From Macrostomum lignano (lineage: Eukaryota), in assembly GCA_002269645.1 (NCBI GenBank), contig NIVC01002244.1:216033-280032 (forward strand): a DNA stretch of 64,000 nucleotides. The letters are read 5' to 3'. The notes below the pieces were generated by a model. It saw only the letters and a program-made list of their open reading frames with translations, was not told the DNA's origin and ran no database searches. A program made the translations under genes and the position numbers. This document shows, in pieces, positions 59,689-64,000 of this stretch. How positions within the stretch are numbered: position 1 is the stretch's first letter; every line of letters begins with the position of its first letter.

Positions 59689-62600
59689 ATGAAGACGTAC
59701 TCAGCCGCCGTTCTCCTCGGATTAGCTCTGCTCATCGCCACAGTAGCCTTCCTGCAGTACAACCGGCAGAAGCAACGCAGCAACCAAACTAACAACTACT
59801 TGGCACAGGCGGCACAAACAACCAACAAAAAAAGCACAGATCACAACAATTTTATGCAACACCCTACAGCAACACTCAAAAACATAAAAACGAACGATAC
59901 AGTTTCTACTACAAAGAAAAAACACTATATACCATCAAACGCTACCAAAGTGAAAAATAAAAGCAAACATAGAGTAAACACCGACATTAAAAACCGATAT
60001 TCACACACTGTGCACAACCAAATACTTGCTAAAAATTCTGCACCGCCGCCGACGGAGAGCAGCAGTACTACTGGCACCACCGACGAGGCAGTGACGCCGT
60101 CGGAGGAGTCGACTTTGACAACAGAGCCGTCGACTGCGGACTCTTCGTCGGCTACTATTAGCTCCTCGGCTTCACCGGAAGCGAGCACAGAAGCCAGCAC
60201 AGAAGAGAGGACAACAGCCGGTCCCGAGGCTACTACTGAGACTGCACCGCCGCCGACGGAGAGCAGCAGTACTACTGGCACCACCGACGAGGCAGTGACG
60301 CCGTCGGAGGAGTCGACTTTGACAACAGAGCCGTCGACTGCGGACTCTTCGTCGGCTACTATTAGCTCCTCGGCTTCACCGGAAGCGAGCACAGAAGCCA
60401 GCACAGAAGAGAGGACAACAGCCGGTCCCGAGGCTACTACTGAGACTGCACCGCCGCCGACGGAGAGCAGCAGTACTACTGGCACCACCGACGAGGCAGT
60501 GACGCCGTCGGAGGAGTCGACTTTGACAACAGAGCCGTCGACTGCGGACTCTTCGTCGGCTACTATTAGCTCCTCGGCTTCACCGGAAGCGAGCACAGAA
60601 GCCAGCACAGAAGAGAGGACAACAGCCGGTCCCGAGGCTACTACTGAGACTGCACCGCCGCCGACGGAGAGCAGCAGTACTACTGGCACCACCGACGAGG
60701 CAGTGACGCCGTCGGAGGAGTCGACTTTGACAACAGAGCCGTCGACTGCGGACTCTTCGTCGGCTACTATTAGCTCCTCGGCTTCACCGGAAGCGAGCAC
60801 AGAAGCCAGCACAGAAGAGAGGACAACAGCCGGTCCGAGGCTACTACTGAGACTGCACCGCCGCCGACGGAGAGCAGCAGTACTACTGGCACCACCGACG
60901 AGGCAGTGACGCCGTCGGAGGAGTCGACTTTGACAACAGAGCCGTCGACTGCGGACTCTTCGTCGGCTACTATTAGCTCCTCGGCTTCACCGGAAGCGAG
61001 CACAGAAGCCAGCACAGAAGAGAGGACAACAGCCGGTCCCGAGGCTACTACTGAGACTGCACCGCCGCCGACGGAGAGCAGCAGTACTACTGGCACCACC
61101 GACGAGGCAGTGACGCCGTCGGAGGAGTCGACTTTGACAACAGAGCCGTCGACTGCGGACTCTTCGTCGGCTACTATTAGCTCCTCGGCTTCACCGGAAG
61201 CGAGCACAGAAGCCAGCACAGAAGAGAGGACAACAGCCGGTCCCGAGGCTACTACTGAGACTGCACCGCCGCCGACGGAGAGCAGCAGTACTACTGGCAC
61301 CACCGACGAGGCAGTGACGCCGTCGGAGGAGTCGACTTTGACAACAGAGCCGTCGACTGCGGACTCTTCGTCGGCTACTATTAGCTCCTCGGCTTCACCG
61401 GAAGCGAGCACAGAAGCCAGCACAGAAGAGAGGACAACAGCCGGTCCCGAGGCTACTACTGAGACTGCACCGCCGCCGACGGAGAGCAGCAGTACTACTG
61501 GCACCACCGACGAGGCAGTGACGCCGTCGGAGGAGTCGACTTTGACAACAGAGCCGTCGACTGCGGACTCTTCGTCGGCTACTATTAGCTCCTCGGCTTC
61601 ACCGGAAGCGAGCACAGAAGCCAGCACAGAAGAGAGGACAACAGCCGGTCCCGAGGCTACTACTGAGACTGCACCGCCGCCGACGGAGAGCAGCAGTACT
61701 ACTGGCACCACCGACGAGGCAGTGACGCCGTCGGAGGAGTCGACTTTGACAACAGAGCCGTCGACTGCGGACTCTTCGTCGGCTACTATTAGCTCCTCGG
61801 CTTCACCGGAAGCGAGCACAGAAGCCAGCACAGAAGAGAGGACAACAGCCGGTCCCGAGGCTACTACTGAGACTGCACCGCCGCCGACGGAGAGCAGCAG
61901 TACTACTGGCACCACCGACGAGGCAGTGACGCCGTCGGAGGAGTCGACTTTGACAACAGAGCCGTCGACTGCGGACTCTTCGTCGGCTACTATTAGCTCC
62001 TCGGCTTCACCGGAAGCGAGCACAGAAGCCAGCACAGAAGAGAGGACAACAGCCGGTCCCGAGGCTACTACTGAGACTGCACCGCCGCCGACGGAGAGCA
62101 GCAGTACTACTGGCACCACCGACGAGGCAGTGACGCCGTCGGAGGAGTCGACTTTGACAACAGAGCCGTCGACTGCGGACTCTTCGTCGGCTACTATTAG
62201 CTCCTCGGCTTCACCGGAAGCGAGCACAGAAGCCAGCACAGAAGAGAGGACAACAGCCGGTCCCGAGGCTACTACTGAGACTGCACCGCCGCCGACGGAG
62301 AGCAGCAGTACTACTGGCACCACCGACGAGGCAGTGACGCCGTCGGAGGAGTCGACTTTGACAACAGAGCCGTCGACTGCGGACTCTTCGTCGGCTACTA
62401 TTAGCTCCTCGGCTTCACCGGAAGCGAGCACAGAAGCCAGCACAGAAGAGAGGACAACAGCCGGTCCCGAGGCTACTACTGAGACTGCACCGCCGCCGAC
62501 GGAGAGCAGCAGTACTACTGGCACCACCGACGAGGCAGTGACGCCGTCGGAGGAGTCGACTTTGACAACAGAGCCGTCGACTGCGGACTCTTCGTCGGCT

Positions 62601-64000
62601 ACTATTAGCTCCTCGGCTTCACCGGAGCGAGCACAGAGCAGCAGCCAGCACAGAAGAGAGGACAACAGCCGGTCCCGAGGCTACTACTGAGACTGCACCG
62701 CCGCCGACGGAGAGCAGCAGTACTACTGGCACCACCGACGAGGCAGTGACGCCGTCGGAGGAGTCGACTTTGACAACAGAGCCGTCGACTGCGGACTCTT
62801 CGTCGGCTACTATTAGCTCCTCGGCTTCACCGGAAGCGAGCACAGAAGCCAGCACAGAAGAGAGGACAACAGCCGGTCCCGAGGCTACTACTGAGACTGC
62901 ACCGCCGCCGACGGAGCAGCAGTACTACTGGCACCACCGACGAGGCAGTGACGCCGTCGGAGAGTCGACTTTGACAACAGAGCCGTCGACTGCGGACTCT
63001 TCGTCGGCTACTATTAGCTCCTCGGCTTCACCGGAAGCGAGCACAGAAGCCAGCACAGAGAGAGGACAACAGCCGGTCCCGAGGCTACTACTGAGACTGC
63101 ACCGCCGCCGACGGAGAGCAGCAGTACTACTGGCACCACCGACGAGGCAGTGACGCCGTCGGAGGATCGACTTTGACAACAGAGCCGTCGACTGCGGACT
63201 CTTCGTCGGCTACTATTAGCTCCTCGGCTTCACCGGAAGCGAGCACAGAAGCCAGCACAGAAGAGAGGACAACAGCCGGTCCGAGGCTACTACTGAGACT
63301 GCACCGCCGCCGACGAGAGCAGCAGTACTACTGGCACCACCGACGAGGCAGTGACGCCGTCGGGAGGAGTCGACTTTGACAACAGAGCCGTCGACTGCGG
63401 ACTCTTCGTCGGCTACTATTAGCTCCTCGGCTTCACCGGAAGCGAGCACAGAAGCCAGCACAGAAGAGAGGACAACAGCCGGTCCCGAGGCTACTACTGA
63501 GACTGCACCGCCGCCGACGGAGAGCAGCAGTACTACTGCACACCGACGAGGCAGTGACGCCGTCGGAGGAGTCGACTTTGACACACAGAGCCGTCGACTG
63601 CGGACTCTTCGTCGGCTACTATTAGCTCCTCGGCTTCACCGGAAGCGAGCACAGAAGCCAGCACAGAAAGAGACAACAGCCGGTCGCCGGAGGCTACTAC
63701 TGAGACTGCACCGCCGCCGACGGAGAGCAGTCAGTACTGGCACCACCGACGAGGCAGTGACGCGCGTCGGAGGAGTCGACTTTGACACAGAGCCGTCGAC
63801 TGCGGACTCTTCGTCGGCTACTATTAGCTCCTCGCTTCACCGGAAGCGAGCACAGAAGCCAGCACAGAAGAGAGGACAACAGCCGGTCCGAGGCTACTAC
63901 TGAGACTGCACCGCCGCCGACGGAGAGCAGCAGTACTACTGGCACCACCGACGAGGCAGTGACGCCGTCGGAGGAGTCGACTTTGACAACAGAGCCGTCG
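59689..64000 (+). CDS. Mucin-like secreted or membrane-anchored Ser/Thr/Glu-rich repeat protein (5' part; continues beyond the window)
   Basis: Hydrophobic N-terminus MKTYSAAVLLGLALLIATVAFLQ, a ~95-aa basic N/K/T-rich segment, then a 68-aa repeat (APPPTESSSTTGTTDEAVTPSEESTLTTEPSTADSSSATISSSASPEASTEASTEERTTAGPEATTET). The frame is broken by small indels at ~60836 and after ~62625. Confidence 0.75.
60040..64000 (+). repeat. 204-bp coding tandem repeat, at least 19 copies
   Basis: GCACCGCCGCCGACGG at 60040, 60244, 60448, 60652... Copies appear identical apart from small indels. Confidence 0.97.

Noticed and set aside
59925-62665. Antisense Val/Ser/Ala-rich ORFs over the mucin repeat
   Set aside because: These are shadow frames of the plus-strand repeat and lack a plausible start.

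Overview
Metazoan genomic DNA with GC-rich exons, AT-rich spacers and spliceosomal introns. The style resembles a free-living flatworm such as Macrostomum, which is inference only. Genes in order: two tandem, same-structure two-pore-domain K+ channel (K2P/TWK) paralogs on the minus strand; a 9-exon epsin-related CLINT1/EpsinR gene (+); an intronless SARNP/Tho1-like gene (-); an ADA2B-like SAGA subunit (+); and the 5' part of a mucin-like gene built from near-identical 204-bp repeats (+, runs off the window). Mobile DNA: two decayed D,D34D mariners, several non-autonomous TIR elements/MITEs and a probable non-autonomous Helitron. The most striking pattern is that every predicted intron longer than about 250 bp carries its own minisatellite, mostly with 19-30 bp units and often pressed against a splice site. 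In one case the repeat unit is the exon-end plus 5' splice site itself. No rRNA, tRNA or CRISPR features were found. Most long ORFs in the supplied track are repeat artefacts. Exon models were built by eye and are not confirmed by transcripts.
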